In this document: positions 1 to 8,187 of the stretch, piece by piece
Layout: every line of letters begins with the position of its first letter
Numbering within the stretch: the stretch's first letter is position 1
Assembly (NCBI GenBank): GCA_947624245.1
Contig: CANQJL010000004.1
Location: 10,272-74,271, forward strand
Origin: an uncultured Acetatifactor sp.
GTDB taxonomy: Bacteria; Bacillota; Clostridia; Lachnospirales; Lachnospiraceae
Reading direction: 5' to 3'
DNA: 64,000 bases
The notes under the pieces: generated by a model
Database searches by the model: none
Told to the model about the DNA's origin: nothing
What the model saw: the letters and a program-made list of their open reading frames with translations, nothing else
Position numbers and translations under genes: made by a program

Positions 1-417
1 GTTCACTCTCTGGCCATTAAGCGGGCCTCCAGACTCAATCAGTGGATACAGGAGAACGGCATCTCCATGCTGCGCAATACCGATGAGACCATGGAAATCG
101 CGGCCCAGGGCGCAAGAAAACTGGGACTGGTGCCCTACTACCTCTATCGGCAGAAGAATATGTCCGGAAATTTTGAGAATGTGGGCTACGCGCGGGAAGG
201 AAAGCTGGGAATCTATAACATTCTCATTAACGAGGAAGTGCAGACCATAGTGGCATTAGGTGCAGGCAGTATCTCCAAGAAAGTCAGTTACAGGGCGGCG
301 CAGGACGGCGGGGAAAGCGTCTTGATCGAGCGGTGCGAGAACGTGAAGGAAGTCGCCCAATATATCGAAAGAATCGGGGAAATGATCGAGAGAAAGCGTG
401 TATTATTTTGTGAGTGA
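1..417 (+). CDS. hemZ: Coproporphyrinogen dehydrogenase HemZ-like radical SAM protein, 3' part (begins before the window)
   Basis: Frame is open from base 1 (VHSLAIKRAS...), with PYYLYRQKNM-GNFENVGY and EEVQTIVALGAG motifs typical of the HemZ C-terminus. Confidence 0.85.
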   Translation, partial: VHSLAIKRASRLNQWIQENGISMLRNTDETMEIAAQGARKLGLVPYYLYRQKNMSGNFENVGYAREGKLGIYNILINEEVQTIVALGAGSISKKVSYRAAQDGGESVLIERCENVKEVAQYIERIGEMIERKRVLFCE

Positions 418-450
418 TGACTCGAAATATATGTAAAATGGTTGAGTAGG

Positions 451-492
451 AAATGAACACCCCAACAGAGCCGGTTGTTGGGGTGTTCATTT
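451..492 (+). terminator. Hairpin after hemZ
   Basis: 17-bp perfect stem AAATGAACACCCCAACA / TGTTGGGGTGTTCATTT with an 8-nt loop. Confidence 0.7.
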
Positions 493-540
493 TGGTTTGG
501 AAGGGGGCATTTGAATCTTCATAATATGTACAACAACGCA

Positions 541-569
541 TTGATATTTTATTTTGTGTTGTGTATAAT
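541..569 (+). promoter_or_regulatory. Sigma70-type promoter for the DUF3990/DUF3791 module
   Basis: TTGATA-17 bp-TATAAT. Confidence 0.7.
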
Positions 570-591
570 ATTAAGCGAAGAGGTGATGGCG

Positions 592-894
592 TTGAACTTG
601 ATTCTGCATACTGTCAAACAGGAAAAGCAAAGAATTGAATATATGCTTGGAAAGTATCAAGCGGAACTTTCCGTTTTACCGCGAGGTACAATATCGACAA
701 AGACGGTTGGCGAGAAAACATATTATTATTTGAAATACAGAGACGGTAAAAAGGTGATATCTAAATATGTCGGAAAAAAGGAAATTGAAAATATTCAATC
801 TCTTGTTGAAAAGCGGCGGCACATTGAGGCAATGGTGAAATCTTTACAAGAGGAAAAGGCGATTGCAGATAAAGTATTGGAGGGTGCGGTATGA
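592..894 (+). CDS. Small basic hypothetical protein
   Basis: GAGGTG RBS before TTG 592 (ATG 586 is an alternative start); RGTISTKTVGEKTYYYLKYRDGKKVISKYVG; ATGA overlap with the next gene. Confidence 0.65.
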   Translation: MNLILHTVKQEKQRIEYMLGKYQAELSVLPRGTISTKTVGEKTYYYLKYRDGKKVISKYVGKKEIENIQSLVEKRRHIEAMVKSLQEEKAIADKVLEGAV

Positions 895-1046
895 TTCTAT
901 ATCATTATTCTGCCGGTGTACTTACAAAGGAGCAAGCTTTGGAAGCATTGAAAATCAAAAAACTATACAATCAGTTAGTGCTGTCATCTGAAAAAGCACT
1001 TTCGTATCTGAAATTTATAGGGACAGTCCCGCAGGAGGAATTGTAA
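891..1046 (+). pseudogene. Internally deleted DUF3990-family gene (51 codons)
   Basis: Translates MILYH-YSAGVLTKEQALEALKIKKLYNQLVLSSEKALSYLKFIG, i.e. the family N-terminus joined directly to its C-terminus; coupled to both neighbours (ATGA, TAATG). Confidence 0.7.
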
Positions 1047-1285
1047 TGGAAGCAGAAAAGTTTGGCGCTGTTATGGGCGTGCTTGTAGAGCAGATTGTTC
1101 ACCTGATTACTGAAAACTGTGCATATGACGAAATGACCGCTGCGAATGAGTTTTATAACTCAAAGGTCTACGCTCTTTTAGAGCAGGAAGAGACAAAGCT
1201 ATGGCATTTCAGCCCCCTTACCCTATTTAATCTATTTGATGAAGAAATGAAAACGGGCAGCTTTGAACTGCCGGAGGAGGCTTGA
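1046..1285 (+). CDS. Hypothetical protein typical of DUF3990/DUF3791 operons
   Basis: FYNSKVYALLEQEETKLWHFSPLTLFNLF; RBS and overlap with neighbours. Confidence 0.7.
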   Translation: MEAEKFGAVMGVLVEQIVHLITENCAYDEMTAANEFYNSKVYALLEQEETKLWHFSPLTLFNLFDEEMKTGSFELPEEA

Positions 1286-1287
1286 TT

Positions 1288-1500
1288 ATGAGCGCTCAGG
1301 GTAAATTTATGATTTACTGTGCCGAGCAATACAAGCTGGCAAAGCATCTGACAGGCAAGCAGCTTGCAGAACTGTTCAGTCGTTACTGGGTCTGGGAATA
1401 TGTTTACTCCTGCTATGAGGCCCTGCATACGACAGGTACGAACTATATTATTGAGGATATTGACCTATACATTGAAGCCCGCAAGTCGGCATTGTCTTGA
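1288..1500 (+). CDS. DUF3791-family protein
   Basis: FMIYCAEQYK...TGKQLAELFSRY...YEALHTTGTNYIIEDID pattern; GGAGG RBS. Confidence 0.75.
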   Translation: MSAQGKFMIYCAEQYKLAKHLTGKQLAELFSRYWVWEYVYSCYEALHTTGTNYIIEDIDLYIEARKSALS

Positions 1501-1793
1501 AGAAACGATATGAAAAGATCGTGCTTATGTACAGATGATTGAATTGTTCAATTAATATGTATGTTGGGATTATTGGATATTGATGACATTATATGGAACA
1601 GCATAGGAGCTGATGACGGATAAGTTATTTATAGGGCGATTCTAAAAATATGGAGACATAGAAAACAACGGACATATATTTTGGACGTTGTTTTTTTCTG
1701 CTTTTTTGCAATTCAGACGGTAGTTATCGGGCAGATTTCTAAGAACGGAATCCCTGTTCTGCAATCCAATATGCAGCCCAGAAAAAATCTATG

Positions 1794-1824
1794 GTCATTC
1801 GGTGCCGAAAATAGTCATTTGATG
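1794..1824 (+). promoter_or_regulatory. Direct-repeat box, candidate LytTR binding site 1
   Basis: GTCATTCGGTG-9 nt-GTCATTTGATG; first half-site identical to the one at 3953. Confidence 0.6.
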
Positions 1825-1947
1825 CGGCGGACATGGTGCGAAAAGCGAAAAACAGCCGATAATACTATTGAGTATTTATGCAAACAGGATAACACGGCGG
1901 TACAAGCTTTGAATGAATGTACGCTGAAGCGCGCAAGGAGTGTAAAT

Positions 1948-2655
1948 ATGACGATCATTGTATGTGACGACAGCAGGACGGACAGGGAAAATCTGATCCG
2001 GCTGCTTCGGGATTATGAAAAGAAGAAGGGCCTGGCCTTTGACATTACAGAATATGACAGCGGAGAAGCGCTGCTGCAAAATATAGATCAATTACAGGAC
2101 AGCAGCATTTTATTCTTGGACATCAACATGGCAGGCACAGACGGACTGGACGCGGCGGCACAGATTAAGAGCCTGTACCCCAAAATCAGTATCGTGCTTG
2201 TGACGGCCTATATAGGCTATGCGCTGGAGGGGTACAAGGTGGAGGCGAGCCGTTTTCTGGTAAAGGACGATCTGGAGGTCTCCCTTACCGAGTGCATGGA
2301 CATGCTGGTCAGAAAGCTGGAACAGGACACACAGGTGAGGGAGTTCTCTTTTGTGGAGGGAAATATCCGGCTGAAGCTCAGTGATATTCTCTACATTGAG
2401 ACGGCAAGGCACAAGAACATATTTTATACCAAAAACGGAAGCTTCCAGATCTACAAAAAGCTGGACGAGATAGAAAATGAGCTGCGGGGATACGGTTTTG
2501 TGAGGATTCATATGAGCTTTCTGGTCAACATGCGCTATATCAGGAAAATCAGCAGCTATGTGATGACATTGACCACCGGGAAGGAAATATCGGTTCCGAA
2601 GACCAGATATGCGGAAGTAAAAAAGCAGTACATGCTGTTCAAGGGGGTGGAGTGA
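1948..2655 (+). CDS. LytTR-family response regulator (AgrA-like)
   Basis: REC domain (IIVCDD, LFLDINM, GRFLVK-like region) plus LytTR domain (ILYIET, GFVRIHMSFLVNM); AAGGAG RBS. Confidence 0.92.
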   Translation: MTIIVCDDSRTDRENLIRLLRDYEKKKGLAFDITEYDSGEALLQNIDQLQDSSILFLDINMAGTDGLDAAAQIKSLYPKISIVLVTAYIGYALEGYKVEASRFLVKDDLEVSLTECMDMLVRKLEQDTQVREFSFVEGNIRLKLSDILYIETARHKNIFYTKNGSFQIYKKLDEIENELRGYGFVRIHMSFLVNMRYIRKISSYVMTLTTGKEISVPKTRYAEVKKQYMLFKGVE

Positions 2656-2656
2656 G

Positions 2657-3946
2657 ATGTCCGCCGAGACTCTGGTGTCATTTCTTTTGCTGACGATAGA
2701 AACCTATGGAAGCATTTATTTTTTTAATACTTTTTTACAGCAGAAAAACAGCAGGCTTCAAAAGTACCGATTTCCTTTTCTGATTGTCTGTATAGCGATA
2801 GGGGCGTTTTCCAGTGATTGGATCGGAGGATGGAAAGTGCTGCTTATCATGATGGCGTGTGTGCTGCTGTGCCTGATTTTTTATAAGGCTACATTTGTAC
2901 AAAGCGTTTTCTTCTCTGTGCTGAACTATGGTATGCTGATCGGGATCGAATACCTGAGCATTTCCGTAATGGACTGGCGCCTGTTTTTGACGCAGTCGTG
3001 GGGAGAAAACCAGGCGGGGGCGTATTTGGTGATTCTATTGTCGAGAGTGTTATGGATCATAGCGCTTCTGGTGGTACGAAGGTTCAGGAGGCAGCGGGAA
3101 GAAGATTATCCGCTGACCAATAAAGAATGGGCTACGCTCAGCGTGATTCCGATGATTACAGTATGCGCTATCCTTGCCATGATATATTGTTATACGGTAA
3201 ATGAACAGATACAGTCTTTTTACCTGTTTTTGTCAATGGGATTAGCGGTCATCGATTTAGTTGTCCTGCAATTGATGCAGAATCTTCTGGAAAAAGAAAA
3301 AGCGCTCCGGATCAGTGCTCTTGTCAATCAGAATCAGAGGAACCAGCTCTCGGTCTATGAGGACGGGAAGAAATTGCAGGAACAGCAGCAGAGGAAAATG
3401 CACGATTATAAAAACCAGTTGTCAACTATACAAACGCTGCTAAAAAGCGGGGATCATCAGACGGCGCTCCTGTTTACGGAAAAGCTGACAGAGAGTATTT
3501 CCGAGAATCTGTCTGCAATTAATACAGGCCATGCGGTCGTCAATGCAGTAGTAAACCAGAAATACAGAAGGGCAAAAGAGAAAAATATCTCTATGAGCCT
3601 GAAGGTGGGCAATCTGCAGGAACTGAAGATGCGGGAGGAGGATATTGTGATTGTGCTGGGCAACCTGCTGGACAATGCCATAGCGGAGTGCGAGAGAGTG
3701 CTTGCGGGCGGAGCTAAGGGAGCCGTTATCTTTTTGAAGATGGCGCTGGAAGACGGAAATCTGATTCTGTCCGTCAAAAATCCCGTTCTGGAAAAGGTAA
3801 GGATTGAGGATAGTACCGTTCAAAAGAAATATACGGACGGTCACGGAATCGGGCTGTTGAATGTGAAAGCTGTGGTGGACAAGTATCAGGGCGATATGGC
3901 GCTTGACTGTGACGATAAGGAGTTTCGGGTGGCAATTATGTTGTGA
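2657..3946 (+). CDS. Membrane sensor histidine kinase, GHKL (AgrC-like)
   Basis: Multiple TM helices, H-box RKMHDYKNQL, N-box GNLLDNAI, GHGIGLLNV. Confidence 0.92.
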   Translation: MSAETLVSFLLLTIETYGSIYFFNTFLQQKNSRLQKYRFPFLIVCIAIGAFSSDWIGGWKVLLIMMACVLLCLIFYKATFVQSVFFSVLNYGMLIGIEYLSISVMDWRLFLTQSWGENQAGAYLVILLSRVLWIIALLVVRRFRRQREEDYPLTNKEWATLSVIPMITVCAILAMIYCYTVNEQIQSFYLFLSMGLAVIDLVVLQLMQNLLEKEKALRISALVNQNQRNQLSVYEDGKKLQEQQQRKMHDYKNQLSTIQTLLKSGDHQTALLFTEKLTESISENLSAINTGHAVVNAVVNQKYRRAKEKNISMSLKVGNLQELKMREEDIVIVLGNLLDNAIAECERVLAGGAKGAVIFLKMALEDGNLILSVKNPVLEKVRIEDSTVQKKYTDGHGIGLLNVKAVVDKYQGDMALDCDDKEFRVAIML

Positions 3947-3952
3947 GTCATA

Positions 3953-3998
3953 GTCATTCGGTGTCAAAAATGGGACTCCGGTGCAAGGGGGATATGAT
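3953..3998 (+). promoter_or_regulatory. Direct-repeat box, candidate LytTR binding site 2, followed by a -10 element
   Basis: GTCATTCGGTG-9 nt-GGACTCCGGTG, then TATGAT at 3993-3998. Confidence 0.6.
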
Positions 3999-4059
3999 TT
4001 TTAGGAAGGGCAGACGATGAATTTATAAATAAAAAATCGATATTTTGGAGGTTCATGTG

Positions 4060-4602
4060 ATGGCTATGGAAATTCATGAAATTCGACCTGATTCTATCAG
4101 ACAGTATCCGGAAATAAATAAAACACATAAGAGTGAAAATGACATGTCGCCAAATAAAATTTTGCAGGATGAGTATATAAGCAGTGAAAAGGCAGAAAGA
4201 AGAGTAAGCGGCTTATATAGAGTGGCACAGGATGAAAATGGTGATCGTAAAATTGTTTATGATGATCCTCATAAAAAGGACCGTGCCGCTTTTGACAGGG
4301 CAGTACCTGCAGCAAGAGAGGATCAGCCGGAAAAATGTACCACAAACACAGATGCTGTTGACAAAGAGATCGAGAAGTTGAAAGAGGAAAAAAGGCAACT
4401 ACAGCAGCAGATTTGCAGTGCCAATGGAGATGAAGAAAAGAAAAAAGAACTGGAGCGTAAGCTGGCGCAAATTGAAAATGAATTATCTCAAAAGGACAGA
4501 ATGAAATCAGAGCTTGGACAGAGCCGGAAGACACAAGCTTTTGTGGCGTATGAATCAAGCATTATGACAGTGCCGACAGCAGGCGGAAGTATTGAATCAT
4601 AA
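4060..4602 (+). CDS. FlxA-like coiled-coil hypothetical protein
   Basis: GGAGG RBS; DEYISSE, SGLYRVAQDENG, CTTNTDAVDKEIEKLKEEKRQLQQQI pattern. Confidence 0.6.
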   Translation: MAMEIHEIRPDSIRQYPEINKTHKSENDMSPNKILQDEYISSEKAERRVSGLYRVAQDENGDRKIVYDDPHKKDRAAFDRAVPAAREDQPEKCTTNTDAVDKEIEKLKEEKRQLQQQICSANGDEEKKKELERKLAQIENELSQKDRMKSELGQSRKTQAFVAYESSIMTVPTAGGSIES

Positions 4603-4868
4603 TGTGATGAAGCGGCAAAAATTGAACATTAAAAATTAAATTCTTTATGCAAGAGCCGCTGAAGGCGGCAGAATGAGAGGAAAGATGAGAGTATCAGGCA
4701 ACACAGTTAATCCTTACTCGGCGTATGCAACAGATAAGTCATATGCGGATAGAATTATTACTGAATGAGCGAACACAAAACAAAAGCATTCTGTCAGGAA
4801 TTGCAGCCAAATTCAGGATCCAAAATGGCAGCATGAGGATAGAAGAAAGCGGGCCAGAATCTCACTAT

Positions 4869-5714
4869 TTACTCCGTGATATTGTCCATGATGTGCTGAA
4901 CAGTATCACAGGTATCGTCGAAGGAGATTTCTTTTGCATAGTCAAAATCTTGCTGATACTTTTTCCAGAAGCTCCGGAGCTGTTCGCTTGCACGGATTTC
5001 TGCGATAATGTCAGGGTAGAGTTCCAGCACTTTGCGGCTGCCGCGCTTGTCCGTCGTCCGTTCCAGAGCTTGCAGCAGCGTCTTTGTATTGCACTCCGCG
5101 CCGCGCAGGGCGTACAGAATATGTATGTCATAAAAATCTCTCGGACGGGTATTGGCAATGCTGCGGGATAGTATTGTTTCAATCTTTTCCGCCAACACCG
5201 TTTCAAGGTTATAGGCAAGGATGCTGATAGTGCGGTCATCGAACAGGAGAGAAAAGGTATATTCAATTTCCCTCGGTGTGATAACATCTCCGGTAGTCAC
5301 ATCCACGGTCAAGGGTACGCTGATCGGCTGGTAGTTCGCTTTTAGCGCAACACGGATGCCGGGATAATCGTCCCCCGCGCGAATGTCTGAAATGTCCGCC
5401 AGCTCAAACTGCACATCGTCGGCAATTTCTACGGTGCAGATTTCTCCGAAGATTTCACGGATAGATTCATGAGTCAGCGTAAAACCCTTGATGGTGGTAT
5501 CTAAATCCATTGTAGACCTTGTGTCCAGACCGACGATTGCGGAGATAAGGAAACCGCCTTTGAGAATGAAATTGTGTTTGTACCTTGACAGTGAAATTCG
5601 TTCCAGCAGCCTTTCCAGCATATAGTTCTGCATAACGAGCTGGGCAGAGATATTTTTTTCCGCAGCTTTCTTTTTGATAAAGGCTTTAAGCTACATTGGA
5701 TTCTTTGTAATCAT
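4869..5714 (-). pseudogene. abiEii: AbiEii nucleotidyltransferase toxin (type IV TA) with a premature stop at codon 8
   Basis: From ATG 5714 (overlaps abiEi stop): MITKNPM*LKAFIKKKAAEKNISAQLVMQNYMLERLLER...LKGG...RSTMDLD...AEKIE...RPRDFYD; TAG at 5693-5691. Confidence 0.85.
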
Positions 5715-6313
5715 AACAGCACCTCCATATAACGCAGCACTTTAGGCTTCACACGAAGCTGATCCGCGTACTGCATCAGTTTGTGTATGTCCTTTTCTTT
5801 GGAAGTCGCGTATTTCTTCATTGCCGTGCCCACAATCTGAATGTCGCTGCCGCTGCCGCGCAGGATGTCACACAGCGTTCTTTCAAGGTCATAGACATGG
5901 ATGGGGTTGCCACAGGGGGATTGCAGTTCAATCACGCCCAAAGAATAGTTCTCCGGTACAACTCGCTTGATGTTGATGCTTTCCTGTTTCAGCGATGGCG
6001 AGTTGTAACCTTTGGGGAATGTCATGGTGTACTGTGCCGGGGCGCGGTCAGAATAACCCAGCAGATACAACGCGGTATCGTGCGAGTATATTCCGCGTCC
6101 ATATTTGCGCTGCAACAGGTAGAAATCATCTTCCCATGTGTTGCTGTGCACATACAGGCCGCGCCCGAAACGGTAAAGTTCCCCATTCTCTATAAGCTTC
6201 TGTAAAATGCTGCGGTGCAGCCCTGCTGCTGTAACCTGTTCTGTGGTAATTATTCCGTCCGATGACGATTCTAACAGTTCTTTAATTTTTTCTTTGTTAG
6301 TCATAGCTGTCAC
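5711..6313 (-). CDS. abiEi: AbiEi antitoxin (type IV TA)
   Basis: N-terminal wHTH-like segment, GRGLY, IYSHDTALYLLG, YDLERTLCDI; coupled to abiEii. Confidence 0.9.
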   Translation of the reverse strand: MTAMTNKEKIKELLESSSDGIITTEQVTAAGLHRSILQKLIENGELYRFGRGLYVHSNTWEDDFYLLQRKYGRGIYSHDTALYLLGYSDRAPAQYTMTFPKGYNSPSLKQESINIKRVVPENYSLGVIELQSPCGNPIHVYDLERTLCDILRGSGSDIQIVGTAMKKYATSKEKDIHKLMQYADQLRVKPKVLRYMEVLL

Positions 6314-6320
6314 CTCGCTT

Positions 6321-6367
6321 TCGACAACGACACATCATATTGTACAAAAATAATGTGTGCCTGTCGA
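6321..6367. promoter_or_regulatory. Imperfect inverted repeat upstream of abiEi (candidate operator)
   Basis: TCGACAACGACACAT...ATGTGTGCCTGTCGA, 12 of 15 bases paired. Confidence 0.5.
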
Positions 6368-6629
6368 GACAAAAACGACAGTCTTGAGTTTGCAATACTC
6401 GGTATATAGCGTGTCCTTTCCTGCTCGGCAAGTTGACATGCGATAAGGTCAGAAGTACAATAGGGAGAAACGTTATTTCTAAAGTTTGACAGGAGGGGTC
6501 CTATGATGGATAAAGCCGGAAAACGACAGTTGAATGAAGAGCAGGCAGATGTCAACCAGATGACGCCGCCTGCCGTTTTTATTTGGTAGAACCTATTATG
6601 TGCCCGCCAATATAACATGTGTAGGTAAA

Positions 6630-7343
6630 TCAGGATTGAAAGGAATCAAGTTTTTTCCCGAATATCCTGCTGTAGCCGTAGTGCAAAGGAATATCGGTCA
6701 TATGGAAAAAGGGCTGTCTGATCTGTGAGTCCGTTTCCGTTCGGTTGGGGCAGGTCATCCGCGCGCAACCGGCGCAGACACCCTGACAGAGTACGGACTT
6801 GTCCCGGGTCAGTTCCGCCACAAAGGCAACGCTCTTTTTCGGGATCATACACAATGCCTCATTGCACCGCACGGGCATTTCAGACCTTGCCAATATCTCG
6901 GGGAGGCGTTCCAGCGGAAAATTTTCCTCGCTTCCCGGGAAGTGATATCTTGCCACACGGAACTCCGTGTGGGCAGCTATATATTGATTGTAGGCCGCAT
7001 AGCCCTCAAGCAGCAGCTCGGCGGTCAAGCACTCCGCCATATAACATTCGGAAAGGAGGTTCTGCGCCAGATATTCTTCCTGAAGCAGATCCGGTCCCTC
7101 TCCCAGAGTCATCAGCACCTCGCTGTAAGCGGGAGCCTGATCTTTCGCAGTATCCTGCGCAGACGGTTCCCTAAAAATTCTGTGTTCCCATCTGGCATCC
7201 CGCCGTATGGAAGGCAGCAGCTTCGACGCCACTTCGGACAGCTCCGCCAGATGCTCTTCCCGATAGTGATATTTTCTCCTTACGTTCTCCAGAAAAGACG
7301 GGGAGGTGAACCCGTCTGTCAGTTCCTCAAAAAAAATGTCCAT
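6630..7343 (-). CDS. Stand-alone B12-dependent methionine synthase activation-domain-like protein
   Basis: MTLGEGPDLLQEEY, YMAECL, HFPGSEENFPLE, CMIPKKSVAF, C-terminal CAGC...CPNR. Confidence 0.65.
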   Translation of the reverse strand: MDIFFEELTDGFTSPSFLENVRRKYHYREEHLAELSEVASKLLPSIRRDARWEHRIFREPSAQDTAKDQAPAYSEVLMTLGEGPDLLQEEYLAQNLLSECYMAECLTAELLLEGYAAYNQYIAAHTEFRVARYHFPGSEENFPLERLPEILARSEMPVRCNEALCMIPKKSVAFVAELTRDKSVLCQGVCAGCARMTCPNRTETDSQIRQPFFHMTDIPLHYGYSRIFGKKLDSFQS

Positions 7344-7372
7344 GGAATTCTTTTCCCTCTGCATAATAAGGT

Positions 7373-7647
7373 CATTATACCACAAGCGCAGAAAAGGAAG
7401 CACCGCGTAAGCGGTATTTACTTTTCAAGCGGTGGCTTGCCGATAGAATAGGCCGTGTAAACGGCTGCTGCCGATGCAATCGGCAGAAGTTCTGCGTCAG
7501 CAGAACCATTATACCACAAGCGCAGAAAAGGAAGCACCGCGTAAGCGGTATTTACTTTTCAAGCGGTGGCTTGGCGATAGAATAAGCCGTGAAAACGGCT
7601 GCTGCCGATGCAATCGGCAGAAGTTCTGCGTTAGCAGAACCATTATA
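7373..7647. repeat. Tandem duplication of a 134-bp hairpin-rich unit
   Basis: Copies at 7373-7506 and 7507-7640 plus a third CATTATA at 7641; four substitutions between copies. Confidence 0.95.
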
Positions 7648-7734
7648 TCATGGAAAACGCGCTTGTGCCAGCGCTAAAACACTGCAAAAACATAAACCCC
7701 AAGACACAAAAACACATGTAATGCAAAAAAGGTA

Positions 7735-7790
7735 TTGACAAGGCATAAAAGATAGTGTATTCTAAACATAGTTGCATAAGGCGAACCAAA
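7735..7790 (+). promoter_or_regulatory. feoA promoter with candidate DtxR box
   Basis: TTGACA-17 bp-TATTCT; TTGCATAAGGCGAACCAAA (7772-7790) matches 12 of 19 to the DtxR consensus TTAGGTTAGCCTAACCTAA. Confidence 0.6.
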
Positions 7791-7838
7791 GTTAATATAA
7801 TATAATAAAAGTGCGGCAAGACGAACGGAGATGAATAT

Positions 7839-8051
7839 ATGAAATTGGCAGATGCTGTGGAAGGAACGGAATACATTATCAACAAAGTCGAAACGAATGA
7901 TGAGGAATTGGACTCTTTTCTGTTTTCGCTGGGCTGTTACAGCGGAGAGCCGATCACTGTGGTATCCAAGAAGAAGGGCGGTCTTGTGGTGTCCATCAAG
8001 GACGGAAGGTATAATATAGACCGCTTTTTGTCGGACGCGATAGAAGTGTAG
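7839..8051 (+). CDS. feoA: Ferrous iron transport protein A
   Basis: FLFSLGCYSGEPITVVSK...VSIKDGRY SH3-like FeoA pattern; upstream of feoB. Confidence 0.9.
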   Translation: MKLADAVEGTEYIINKVETNDEELDSFLFSLGCYSGEPITVVSKKKGGLVVSIKDGRYNIDRFLSDAIEV

Positions 8052-8055
8052 AATC

Positions 8056-8088
8056 AAAAAAATAAGTGACAGGGTCACTTTATTTTTT
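8056..8088 (+). terminator. Intrinsic terminator-like hairpin between feoA and feoB
   Basis: AAAAAAATAAGTGAC-AGG-GTCACTTTATTTTTT. Confidence 0.55.
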
Positions 8089-8092
8089 AAAT

Positions 8093-8111
8093 GCGAGTTA
8101 GTCTAAGCTAA
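8093..8111 (+). promoter_or_regulatory. Candidate DtxR/MntR box upstream of feoB
   Basis: GCGAGTTAGTCTAAGCTAA matches 13 of 19 to the DtxR consensus. Confidence 0.6.
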
Positions 8112-8187
8112 TAAAAATAAGCAAAGAGTAACCAAAAGGAAAGAAAGGAGAGAAAATGTGCGCTGAAGCGCACAGGGAGGTATCAAA

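Noticed and set aside
6545-6600. Hairpin GCAGGCAGATGTCA...TGACGCCGCCTGC
   Set aside because: Most simply the terminator of the minus-strand gene ending at 6630
420-6630. Calling this patch an integrative element or prophage
   Set aside because: No integrase, transposase, att repeats or phage genes seen
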